A stretch of DNA of 64,000 bases from Klebsormidium nitens (taxonomy: Eukaryota > Plantae > Klebsormidiophyceae). The stretch is taken from NCBI GenBank assembly GCA_000708835.1, contig DF237020.1, forward strand, positions 1-64,000. Reading direction: 5' to 3'. Of the stretch, positions 10,405-22,400 are shown piece by piece. A model generated the notes under the pieces. The model was not told the DNA's origin, searched no databases, and saw nothing but the letters and a program-made list of their open reading frames with translations. How positions within the stretch are numbered: position 1 is the first letter of the stretch; each line of letters starts with the position of its first letter. The translations under genes and the position numbers were made by a program.

Positions 10405-13400
10405 ATGGATCGCTCGGCAGCCTTCCCCTTGGGAAAGCTTATTCTGATCTCCCTTTGCATTGTTTTATGGGCGCCCCAAAGCGCGGCATGGCTGCCCAAA
10501 ACGGCCCATAAATTCGCCGACGCCCCCCACATTCGCCTGCGCTCCGTGTCTCTCCGAGTGTTGGACCATCCTGAATTGTTACTCGGCAGCGATTCAAATG
10601 TTCGGAGCCACCGGAGCATGATGGAGTCTGTCCGAAGAGAGCTAGCCCAGGCGAATACTACGACGGGGGGGTTCAACAGCAGCGTTTTGGAGCAGCTAGG
10701 GTCGCCCCCAATCCAGGTCATGGTGACGCTCTCGGCAGCGGCCATGCTGCAGCCGGACACTTTTGGGAAGTTGAACGATGCGGCGGGGGCGGTGGATAGT
10801 AGTGTTCTGGGGTACCTGCCGGAGGATTCGTATTTACTATTGTGTCCAAACACGACCGCGGCGAAAAAGATTCAGGCGGCACTGCCGGCGGTGGTGTGGA
10901 TGGGGGTGTATGATCCCAGCCATAAGATGGCCCCCGAATGGATACAGATCAGCCAGTGAGTTGTCTTACCATCGACCCTTCCTCTGTCCTCAGGGAAGGA
11001 TTAGTCGACTGCCTAGTTCATGGTATGAGCTCTGCTGTTTTCCTGTTGCTTTGCCTGTAGAATGTACAGAATGTGATCTTACAAGGAAGTCAGGAACTCT
11101 TGGACATTTTGAGTCCAGGAGGACAGGAAGCAATCTTGGAAAAGCGAGCTGCCGCCCAAGTATTTGCAGAACGGAACGTGGAGAAATCATTAGGGCCAGA
11201 TGCTACATGCCAATAATCTATCAAAAGGTACCGGCCTGGGCAGTTTTTGGAGATACAGAATATCTTGAATGCAACGCCAGAATTGCCACTTGTCACATGT
11301 AAAGACGGACTTTTGGACGCAACCTTAGTGTTTGTGAACAATCATTGAATCAAAGACCGTTGCTTGGAGCTAGTGTCAATAGTGCCAGTCTTTAACGGGT
11401 CTTCTTGTGTTGTAGGGTGGTTACGGGGGGCTCGTCCCCTGTGATGTCAAGCGGGGGGGACGCGGGAGCAGAATCGGTGGCTATCGACGATTTGAGCCGG
11501 GTGCTGATCGACGTGCGCCTGCCAGGAAGTGAGCTTTCAACCCGCCCATTCGTCTGCTGTTATGCCTTCTTTCAAACTAGACATCTGAACGCCGCTAGGA
11601 CGAAGCAACTGAGAGATCAGCATGGGATGATGGCTGCCCAGTGGAGTCGGTGACGTAAGTAGGCGATGGGTCAGCCGTTAGCCAGGGTATCGAAGCCCAC
11701 CGGATCACGGAGAGGTTGCTGCTCGAGGGTGCGCTTTTGCTGCGGACGACGTCCTTACAGCCGGAAGTAGCTGACACGTTGAGAGTCCGGTAAAGGGTGA
11801 GAATGCTCATTATCAAAATTGACAGCAATTGTCACGCTCGTTGAAGAACGGCTGTTAAGTATGAGAACGGTGAACCACGTTGAGCCCCTGTCAAGCTTAT
11901 CGCTCCACCCTACAGGTGTTGCCAGCGGCGCTGACGTCAGTACTGACCTGGCGGGCGCGCTGGCAGCCCAGTGGAACGTCAGCCTCAATGTGTACCTTAA
12001 AGCGAACTGCAAGGGTAACGCCATACCCGCTGTGGTGACGAAAGCAGCACGGGATGTCGTCACGGCGGCCACACCCAGCATGTGCCTCAACGTAAGATTT
12101 CCACGTCTGCTAGAGACTGTACTTACGAAATCTGTTACGATTTTACTACAAAACAGAGGTTTTGTAGTGGGTGTGCGGTGTCCGTCATTGTCGACTTAGC
12201 TCGAACTTGAAGCTAGTGTTGGTCTCTTGATAAGGTTTCTCTGGTTGGGCGGGTTAGCTTTTGGATAAACAAACTGCGAGCAGAACGTCCATAGCTTGAT
12301 AGCCGGTTTTGAGCAATTACTTTGCAGTTCCTCGGCTGCTATGAGACCTGGCTGCACGATCGGCTCAAGTTGACATCCAAAGCCATCGCTCGTCGTCCCC
12401 TCTGCGAGGCGCTCGAGAGTCGGGCCACGAGGTGTTTGATCTGTAACAGAAAACGCTTGCTGAAGCTGCTAAAAGGCCCTGTTACGGCTGTGTTGTTCGC
12501 AGATGGCTGTGGCGTGGCTGGCGGGACAGCCGTGGGCGCACTGGGTGGGGCCTCGTCCCGTGACCCGGTTGCATAACATGTACTCTAGCAGGTGAGCCGG
12601 AGAACCTCCGATAAAGTTTAGCAGTTCACAGAAATGCACGCTCCTTCTCGCCAAGCAAACGGTTCAATCACGGTCATTTTTGCGCGCTAGATAGCTAAGG
12701 ACGCCTCAGCTTTAGCCTCACCGACTTCCAATCCCGATAGAAAGGCTTTTCCTAGGTCGGCGTCCCTGTTTACCAACTCGACTGACAGTCAGTCTGACGA
12801 GTATCGACTGCCAAAAAGCGCAAAGGCACAGCTGCGACGGCGACTCTGCACTCTGCTTCTGACACGTGCCACCTTCTCGTTGGTCTCTGTTCAGCCTCAC
12901 CCAGAGCTCTATGGCTCTGGCCCTCAGCCCCGGCGTTACGGACGGCGTCAGTTACGGCACTGCCCGTCCGGTTTGGGACGCGGGAATCATGGGCCAGAAC
13001 CAGATCGTGGGCATGGGCGACAGCGGAGTCGACTGGAACAGGTACGAGGTCGCCGTCTTACAGCTTTTTTAAACTGCTGCCTATCGATTTATCAGAGACG
13101 CCCAGCACGAAGACCTTTGAGTCGGACCACTTCCACTGAGGAGGGCGTACCGTTTTCTTCAGCAGCACGCCTTATCGATGCAGCCGCGCTTCTTGTTGTT
13201 GGAGCGCTTCTTGTTGTTGGATCGCTTTTCGTCTCTATGAGATTAAAGTTCTAACCCTAGATTTGAGTTCTAACCCTGGCTTCTCTGCCAGACGGCCGCC
13301 TACATTTCCGCCTACATCAGCATGTTATCTGCCTTTTATTATGAATGGGTTGAACGTCATACCCTCACGTTTACGCCTGACGTCTGGCTGTGTTCCCTTG

Positions 13401-16400
13401 CGTTGCAGCTGTTACTTCGTCGACCCAGCCGTTCCGGTTCCGGGCCCAACCCACCGGAAAGTGGTGGGCTACCGGCAGCTCTCCGGAGGCGACAACCTGG
13501 ACGGGGAGGGCCACGGGACCCACGTGTGCGGCAGCATCTGTGGCCAGGTGAAAAGACGCCACATGTCCCTTGCTCGCTCTCAAACCGTTTGATTGTTCCT
13601 GAGACCGCTGCCAGGAAATCTATCAGAGTTGAGTTCAGTTGGTGTCTGTCAGAATCTTCCGTCGCGGAAAAGAGCAGGCGTCAAGAGCCCTTTCGGTAAA
13701 AAATTGCTGCGCCATGGGGAAGAAGAGGGAGACAAGGTTGGCGGTCGAGAGGAGATAAGAGTTTGGAACTCCTTGCAAAGCAGTTCTAATTGACAAGAAC
13801 CGGCGCTGACATACATGGTCAACTCATCTAAACGCACCTGGATTAGTCGACTCCGCGGGTTCTTTCGCCACCGTTAAAACAGTTTGCAGATTGAGTACGA
13901 ACAGAACTCATTGTGCTAGGCCTGCGCGCTTTGTTTGGTACGCTGCCAAGTTGCCGCTTTCGAAACAAGTCGCACGGATTCTGAGAAGTGTCCTCATCTC
14001 CGCGTTGCAGGCGGGCGATCTGACGCCTAGCCAGTACGACGGAATGGCCCCCAAGGCTCGCGTGTTTGTGTCCGATATGGGCACCGGGAACGTGGGCTAC
14101 ATCAACCCGCCCTCCGACCTCAATAACGACTACTTCAAGTGAGCGCCTCCGTTTGAGTGGTCTTGGTTTTAAAGTTGAATGGGCTCATTCTCTTGCCTCA
14201 CAGGACGATGAATCATCCAGAAAAAATGGGAACCAGTTTGCTCGTAGGAGGCTTTTCCCCGGAGCGAACTGCTGTTACGTTACTCATTCTCCGGTTTGAC
14301 GCTTGCTACGACTCACATTCCACTACGTAACATCGAACGGATGAAGAATCAGCGTTTGTCCCCGAAGTAGACTGCTCATAAGCGCTGACCCAATATGCGT
14401 CGCCTAAAAGCTTATGTTCGGTGGGGCAGGTACGCGTACGCGGCCGGCGCGCGCATTCACAGCGACTCGTGGGGCACCTCGGACGCGAGCTACTCGTCCA
14501 TGTCGCAGGACGTCGACCAGTTCACGTGGACCAACCAGGTACGCCCACGTGTCTGCGTTTTTCAAAGCACTCTTGCTGGGCAGCCTTCTCTTCAAATCGC
14601 GGTCCCTTATAGTTAAGTTACGGGGTGGTTGAAGAAAGGAGACAGGGCAAAAAGGAGGAGACTCTGACGGCACGTTCAAGAAGCGAGAGCATGTTGGAGG
14701 CCCGGACAAAACGAGGCGGTCCGGCAACGATCGGATCAGCAGCTGTCCATCGTTTTTTGCACGTGGCCGTTGTTGCTGACGCACTCTCTCTCGATCGTTC
14801 TGAGCGGATGCCCGCACTGAGCAGACTCTGGAACAGGACCACAGCATCCGCATTAAGGCGTGTATAACCATTCACAAGTCCTCCGTTTTTTGGCCCAGCA
14901 ACCGTCTCTTCCCCTAGGAGTCGCTGCTGCTGAGCCCTTCTTCTCTTATCTGATCCTTCTCCCATTTTCCCTCCGCAGGACTTCCTGCCTGTCATTGCGG
15001 CCGGCAACTCCGGCGCCCAGCACAACTACGGGCCGACCATCTACGCACCCGCCACCGCCAAGAACGCACTCACAGGTACGAACCTCCTCCCTTGGCACGC
15101 ACTTTAGAGAGCACGAGTCGCTCCAGGGAAGCACGACCCATGTGCAAGACTAGGTTGTCGACCAAAGCGCAGCTTTCCCTGCAACCATCTTTCAAATCGT
15201 GGACAGCTAGTCCGACAAATGGCAGGCCCGATCACCCGCTGCAGTATGGAACCACTTTTGCCTACGCGAGTGAGCCACTAAGATCCTCTTTTTGAGTCCA
15301 AACACGGTTGTGCGGAAGACCAAAGTCTTGCAAAGTGCATAAACCTAAGCGGATCTGTTACGTGGCTCCTCCAGTGGGCGCCACGTGGGGCCCTTTCGGC
15401 CAGAGCGTATACAAAGACCCCGCCGGCAGCTTCATCATGACCTTTGACTTTTCAAAGCTCGGTCAACTTTCAAAACGCACGCAAACCCATGATCGTGCAA
15501 ACACAGAATCTGAGCAAATCCGTTCGTGGTCCTCCAGTGGGCGCCACGTGGGGCCCCTTCGGCCAGAGCGTGTACAAGGAACCCGCCGGCAGCTTCATCA
15601 TGACCGTTACCGGCCCCGCGCTCGACCTGAACGTCTTCAAGGTGTTCAACTCCGGCTTCGGGACCGACTTCAAGAAGCTGACGTCACCGCTGACGGCGGC
15701 AGCGGCCGTCCCGCAGGACGCGTGCTCCGGGCTGACGAATGCCGCGGCGGTGAAGGGGAAGGTGGTGCTCTTGGACCGGGGCACGTGCCTGTTCTCCGTC
15801 AAGGTGCGTTTGCGTGTTCTTTTTATGGGTTTTTTTTTGAGACTCCATCTAGGAATCATCGCGTTCTGATTTGTGGGCTTTTTCGGGTACTCGATTCTGG
15901 CTTTTAGATTCTAGAGGCAGTCGTTCGGGCACCTTTGAGTCGAACGAGGGTTGAATCGGAACTCCGTCCGGCCGTTGATTTGTTCAACACTGTGCTGACT
16001 AGAGTATTGTAGAGTCCGTTGATGTGTTTTGTCGACCTGGACGTGATAGTTGAAGTCAAGCACTTACATCGAGTAATTTCCGCCAAACTGATCTCCCACA
16101 TCATTATCGTAATCTGAACCCCTTCAACTTGTCTGGCAGCAGTCTGAACGTTGTTCGTAACCTCTTCGCTGCTGCAGATCCAAAATGCCCAGACCGCGGG
16201 TGCGGCCGCGGTGCTCATCATGAACACGGACGCATTCCCACCGGGCTACTTCTCCATGAGCGCCGGCACGGCCGCTGGCAGTGTGAATATCCCCGCGGGG
16301 TCGCTGCCCAAGGCGATCGGCGCTATACTGTACGCAGCGCTCAAGGGAAAGACGGCAGTACAGCTCTCGTTTGCGGTGGTGAGTGGGGAAATCGAGTTTT

Positions 16401-19400
16401 GAATGCATAAGCGATGCGCCAGCGCTAAGTAATCAAGCGCTGTCTTTCATAACATCGCTTTCGACAGTGCTTTTACTTGAAGAAACGAATAGTACGGGAA
16501 TAGGTGGACCCGGATCCCTGCTTGTCTGAATCTGGATTTCTTTGATCATGATCATCTATTTGTCAAATTGCTTAATGAAGTCCTTGTTGAGACTCTTAAC
16601 CGCAGGCCTTCTCTTGAGTAGCCCGCTTGCACAAAGCCTGCCTTTGACGAGGTCTCCTTTCCTTTGTATGTTCGACGTCGAATCGAAGGCCTTGTTTCGC
16701 TCCTCGCAGGATTCTCGCACCGATGCGCGATACGACAACGTCGCGAGCTTCAGCAGCGTGGGGCCCACACAAGACGGGCGGATCAAGCCGGAGATTACGT
16801 CCCCCGGTAAGGCTGTTTTATGTGTGCACCTTTAGCTGCCGGCAGACGTCTTCTCCGAGCTCCATTTTTGGGAAGGGGACACGGAAGAGCGCATCTTTGA
16901 CGTCATAACCTGCCGCCTCAAGATTGAAACATACTCCATTCTGCTTTGCACTTCTGCTTTTGCGCTTGGTTGAGGATAATAAATCTTGGTCCAAAGTAAT
17001 TGCAGAGTCAGCGCGCTGCAAGAATCGGAGCGATACTGGAATAGAGACTGGTACCAGGTCCTTTCCGTTACGTGCCAAATCGACCTTGATGCCAAGAAAA
17101 ATATCTAACAGTCAAAGGAACTCGCAGAAACGGCACGTGCTGTTTCCAAAGTGACGGCGATGCACCATATTTGAAGTCCTGCCCTCCTGATCTAGGCAAG
17201 CAGATCTGGAGATTTATGCAAGATGTGCTGACGTCCTGCTCCCGTGCAGGCGACACGGTGCGTTCCGCCAAGAGTTCCGGCCTGCTCAACGACCAGACGT
17301 GCAGCCAGGCGACGATGTCGGGAACTAGTATGGCGACGCCCATCACCGCGGGCTCCGCCGCGCTCGTGCGCCAGTACTACACCGACGGCTGGTACCCAAC
17401 CGGGAAAGCGGTACGCACCAAGGATTTGTGTCGCATTGGTGGACGATTTTGGTGGAAACGAGTCTGCCGGGAGCCTGTCACAAACAGGATATCATATGAG
17501 CGCGTCTTACATGGGTTACCAGTGCACCGAAGGAACGAGTTTGACGTTTGGAGATTGGCAGATTCTGTGCTTTTCAGCCTCTCAAGATCTTGAGACCATG
17601 AACCTGAAGCATACTGGCTTCAAAGACAGCCGACATCATTCACTTGCTTATCCTCCTTCATGAAGGGCCCCGCGTATGATTCAAGTATGATTCAAGTATG
17701 ATTCAAGTATGATTCTTCTTATTTTGGAGTTCTTACTGAGTCTCCGCGCAAGGGCAGGGAAGTCTCCATCATTTCCCCAGTCTGAAGCAGTCTGTGCTTG
17801 CGTGTAGACCCCCTCCAACCGGTTCCAGCCTAGCGGCGCTCTGGTGAAGGCGACTCTGATCAACGGAGCTGCGCTGATGGGCGGAGTAACCGGCGACGGG
17901 TGGCCGATCGACCTGCCGCCGTCAATGACGCAGGTCCGGCACCCGCTGACGTCACCATAGCACTTCTTCTTGAGATCCGATCTTCACCAGGAGCCCGTTC
18001 GGTTTCGCTTCTGGTTTTGAGTATTTCGGCAGTCTGGGCCATTCACAGAGCCTGTTCTCCGTCGGTGCATACAAAGCAGAGAGACATTTTCCAAAATTCC
18101 GCGAGAGTTTCTCACATTCGACGGTTCCGCTGAGTGTAGTCTGGAGCGATGCTACCGTCAGCAGTTCTGACAGTATCGCTTACGTGTCTTGCGACCTACT
18201 TGGGTTTCAGATCACACGCGAACGATCCTTTCGGATTGGTGGATTTGTTTGCGGAACTGATGCAGCAGCCTGTCGGATTTGGGGCAACGTTTGAATCATT
18301 GACCCACTTGTCTTACATAGTTGAACCCATTCCAGCTGGTTCTGACGTCTCTTTGCGCATTGCACAGGGCTTCGGACGAACGTTTTTGGCCAACAGCCTG
18401 AAGCTGCCCAACACGGCCTGGAGCATGTTCGTGCGCAACGGGACGTCCGTGCAGACCAGCAGCGGGCAGCGCTACTGCGTCTCGGTTGGGGCAAACAGCG
18501 GCGACCTCAAAGTCACGCTCGTCTGGTGAGGTCGCCGGGAAACGCCAAAGAAATGAGATTGGAGGAAGAATTTCAGTGCTAGCAGACTTGTGCCAACACC
18601 TCACTGCTAGAGTTTGTGGAGGCGAAAGGTATGCGTCGCACGGGAGTTGATCCGGTCCCCTCGTCAGGAGATGCTAGACTGAGACTGGAAGAACAAGGAG
18701 CAACTTTTGTAATTGAAGTTTGTGTTGGCGGGCTCTCTGTGACTCTGACACGTGTGTGACCAAAGTAACAAGGATCAAATCGGCAAGATGCGGTGCGGAG
18801 GACAGACCTGGAACTTGCTTCCCGGAATGGTGAAAGCAACTTAAGTCAACCACGACCCGAGGAGAGTGACGGAATCTGCTGACGTGTGCAGGCACGACGC
18901 GCCCGCCCTGCTGACCGCGAGCACGGTCCTCGTGAACGATCTCGACCTGGTGGTGACGTCACCTTCGGGGCGGGTATTCCTGGGCAACGGTCAAGCCGAC
19001 CGCATGAACAACGTCGAGCAGGTATGGAGACGCGACAAGGGCATGCCTTTGACTTTGCAAAGGAAACGCCAGCCAAGCCGTAAACCTGCTGTAACCACAC
19101 GATTTGTTCGTTACGAAAAGGAAGCTCACAATCTTGTTCTAAGATCCCTGACTTTTGTTACATCGCCCTTCAATCCATGCTAAAGCTAACGCCAAATCCA
19201 CCGTACCTACGTTAGGCCGGCGACCTTATCATTCTCAACGCTTACTATCGTTCCAGGATTATTCAGAGGCTCTCCGTAATGATTCTGTCCCCGCACACTG
19301 CCGCCGTTTGCTTGTTCGCAGGTCTGGGTGCGCACCCCCGAACAGGGCGTCTACTTTTTGGACGTGAACGGTTACAAGGTGCCCATCGGCAAGACCGGCC

Positions 19401-22400
19401 AGCCCTTCGCTCTAGTTGCCAGAGGCCCGCTCAAGGAGGTGGCGTGCTACGGTACGTGCCCTTGCCTTTTCTGGTTGCACTGTCTGCCGCCCCAACCCTG
19501 CAAGCCGCCGAATCTTTGTCGAAGAGCACGAACAGTCAAGTTGCAGAGTGAAGGCATAACTTGATGAGGAGTCTGCGTTCCCGTTCAGCAGGCGTCTCAA
19601 AGAGACGGTCTCCTGTCGATGCTGGTTAGAAACTCCTCTGCCAGCATCTCTTCCCTTTTTTCGTACACAGAAGCGCTCTCTTTTCTGGGTATACCTCGTG
19701 ATCATAACCCTGCTTGGATTCAAAACAATTCAGCCCTCCGCACTCGGAAAACTTCCAAACCTAGCCGCACTAAACCACTTTGTAACTTGCGACCAACCCA
19801 CGCCCATTCCTACCGCCTCTTTCCAGACGCCCACGTGAGCGGCGGCCCCTCCGGCTTCACCAACAACCGCAGCCCCGTGTTTTACATCAGCGCGACCGCG
19901 GGCGCCAATCTGGTGCTCCAGTGTCGCCTGCAGTGCACCCCGAGCAGCTCCTCGTGCTTCGCCTGGAAGACGTGCACTTCTCCAGTCACGCTCAAGAGCC
20001 TCCCGGATGCGGCCTACACATTCTCCGTCCAGGTAATGACTTTGGCCTCCTTAACCGTGAGGGATTTCCGGGGTTAGGTGGGGGTTTGATGCGGTATTCT
20101 GGGAGGCAACGAACCGGTCGGCGTTGATTTGGAATGCGTCTCCAGCGGGACGAGTCGGCGGCGGGCGCTCTTGCGAGAAACGGAGGTTTGGGTCTATAGA
20201 GGTTCAGATCGAACTGCGTTGCCAAAAATTAAAACTCTGCCCGGGGGGTTTCGGGGTTATGCTCGCAAGACCTTGATTGATGCGCGTGTTTGCCATTTTA
20301 AAGCACGAAGAAAGGTCCGTCTCTATGGCAAATTCGGCATAAGAGTTTTTTCCTCTGTATTAATTACTTTCCTACGCTACCCCACCGTTTACATTTGAGA
20401 GTACGCACTATCACGTCAAGGGCTCCATCGCCCACTGCGTCTTCCGCTCCAATTAGTGGGAGAGCTGACCATCCGTTTGTGACTGTAAACCTGTGACCCC
20501 TAGCAGCTGGTGCTATAACCATCCAAATGCTTACTCATGGAAGCCGAGCACCTTAAGAAGTCGTATTCGTCATCAAACCCTGTCCTTCCTTCTTGGCAGA
20601 TAATCGACACCAAGTACGGCATGCAGAGCACGCCCAGCTCCCAAACCTTCACGGTCCTAACCAAACCCCCCTCAACCACGCTGATGTCTTCCGACGCGCC
20701 CTCCAACGCTGCGACTGCGACTTTCACGTTCACCTCCCCCTCTGCCAACGTGGCATCGTACCAGTGCCAGCTCAACGGTACGAACCTTCGTGCTCCACCC
20801 GCCGATATCGGTACCGTCGTGAGCCAAGAGGGGCGGTCAGACTTAACCCATGGCTGGCAGCCTTGCTTTACCCCGGAGACGTACCAAGGGCAGTTCGACG
20901 GCGATTATATATTCTCAGTGCGGGCAGTCGACCTTGCGGGGAACGTCGATCCGAAGCCGCCCACCTTCTCCTGGAGTGTGAATACGCTCCAACCGAGCGC
21001 CAAGATCACGCAAGCGCCGGGGCTGTACACCAACAACTCCAGCCCAGTGTTCGCATTCACACTGAGCAAGGCCCCTGGGATCACCCCCGGGGTACCAGAG
21101 TGGAACTGCCGCTTGACTCCGGGAGACCCGGGCGCGTTTCAGAAGCTGACGTCATCCGAAGGAGTGGACGGGGAAGAGGCGCAGGCCGCGGCTGCCGCGG
21201 TTAGGCTCGCGCAGGGTTTGGTTATGGGCGGGGTTAATCCTAACCTGCACGACTGGGCGCCCTGTAAGTCCCCGGTGAACTTCACCGGCCTCCCCGACGG
21301 GGCCTATGCGTTCAGCGTCCGGGCGATTGACACTCAGGGCGCCAATGGACTCAGCAATGCCTCTGCGACCGTCGACTTCAGTGTCAACACCGTGCCGCCC
21401 CGCACGGCAGTCCTCTCGCAGCCGCCGGCCCTGGCAGCTGCCACGTCAGCCGCCTTCTACTTCATAAGCTCGGAGCCGGTGACATACTTATGCGAGCTGC
21501 GGTCAGCTTATGCGGTGGATCAAACGCAGTCCAAGTACAACCAGACGGCGACCATTGTCTACTCGTGGAGGGCTTGTTTGTCGCCCATATCTTTCCTGGG
21601 ACTCCAAGATGGATCGTACACTCTCCTTATCCAAGCGACGGATCTGGCCGGAAATGGGGGCGCAACGATGCCGCTCGTATTCGGTCTTGATTCGACGGCG
21701 CCCACTCAGACTATCACGTCGGCCACGGTGCAGACTGGCACACTTCTGGTGAGACTCGACGCCGAAACCTTTGCAAGTAAGCTGCGTGGTGGCAGCGAGG
21801 GCGATGCTGCTGTTCCTACTGCCTGCAGTCTCTAAGGATTCAAAAGAAGGACTGGAATGGACTTCGATTTCGTGGAGCACTTTCTCCAGCTTTCAGTTCT
21901 ATTCCTCTTTGACGAGGATTCCTCGCAGACCGGGAGTTCGAAGCAGAAAGTCTACCCTTTTCTCTTCTAGCCTTCATTCCCGTAAAACAAATACGTGCCA
22001 TTCATTCCTATTGTCAAGCCTCATCATAACCAATATTCACCATCTTCTGTTATGCCAACTGCGATGTTCAAACAAGCCCCAAGCCCCCGAAACCCCCAAA
22101 CCCTTTGTTTCAGGCGACCTTCTCCGGCGCCGACGGCGCGCGCGGCTCCGGGGTGGTGAGCTTCCAGTGCCGGTTAGTCCAAACCGGCCGCACAGCGCCC
22201 GGGTTTACCCCGTGCACGTCTCCGAGCACTTACAGCAACCTGTTCTGGGGGCAGTACAACTTCCAGGTCAAGGCGGTGGATGCCGCCGGGAACGTCGCGG
22301 GTTCGCCCGACGAGTACAACTTCACCATCGCAAACGCCGGCGTTTCCGGGCAGGTGAGAGGGTTCGCATTCAGTTTTGGACGACCTTGAAAATGGCTCCT

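Noticed and set aside
10158-10853. 231-aa minus-strand ORF, and similar long antisense ORFs (e.g. 40798-41349, 38413-38889, 47666-47986)
   Set aside because: These are antisense shadows of GC-rich real exons.
11663-11768. Open stretch DGSAVSQGIEAHRITERLL... as an extra subtilase exon
   Set aside because: Poor polypyrimidine tract and an incompatible exit phase; the flanking exons join in frame without it.
12328-12431. Possible subtilase exon FLGCYETW...
   Set aside because: The available donors give the wrong phase, and 12091 joins 12503 directly in frame.
13187-13227. Short direct repeat cgcttcttgttgttgga x2 (also agcttactattcctaa x2 at ~30108-30142)
   Set aside because: Ordinary slippage duplications inside introns that do not include splice junctions.
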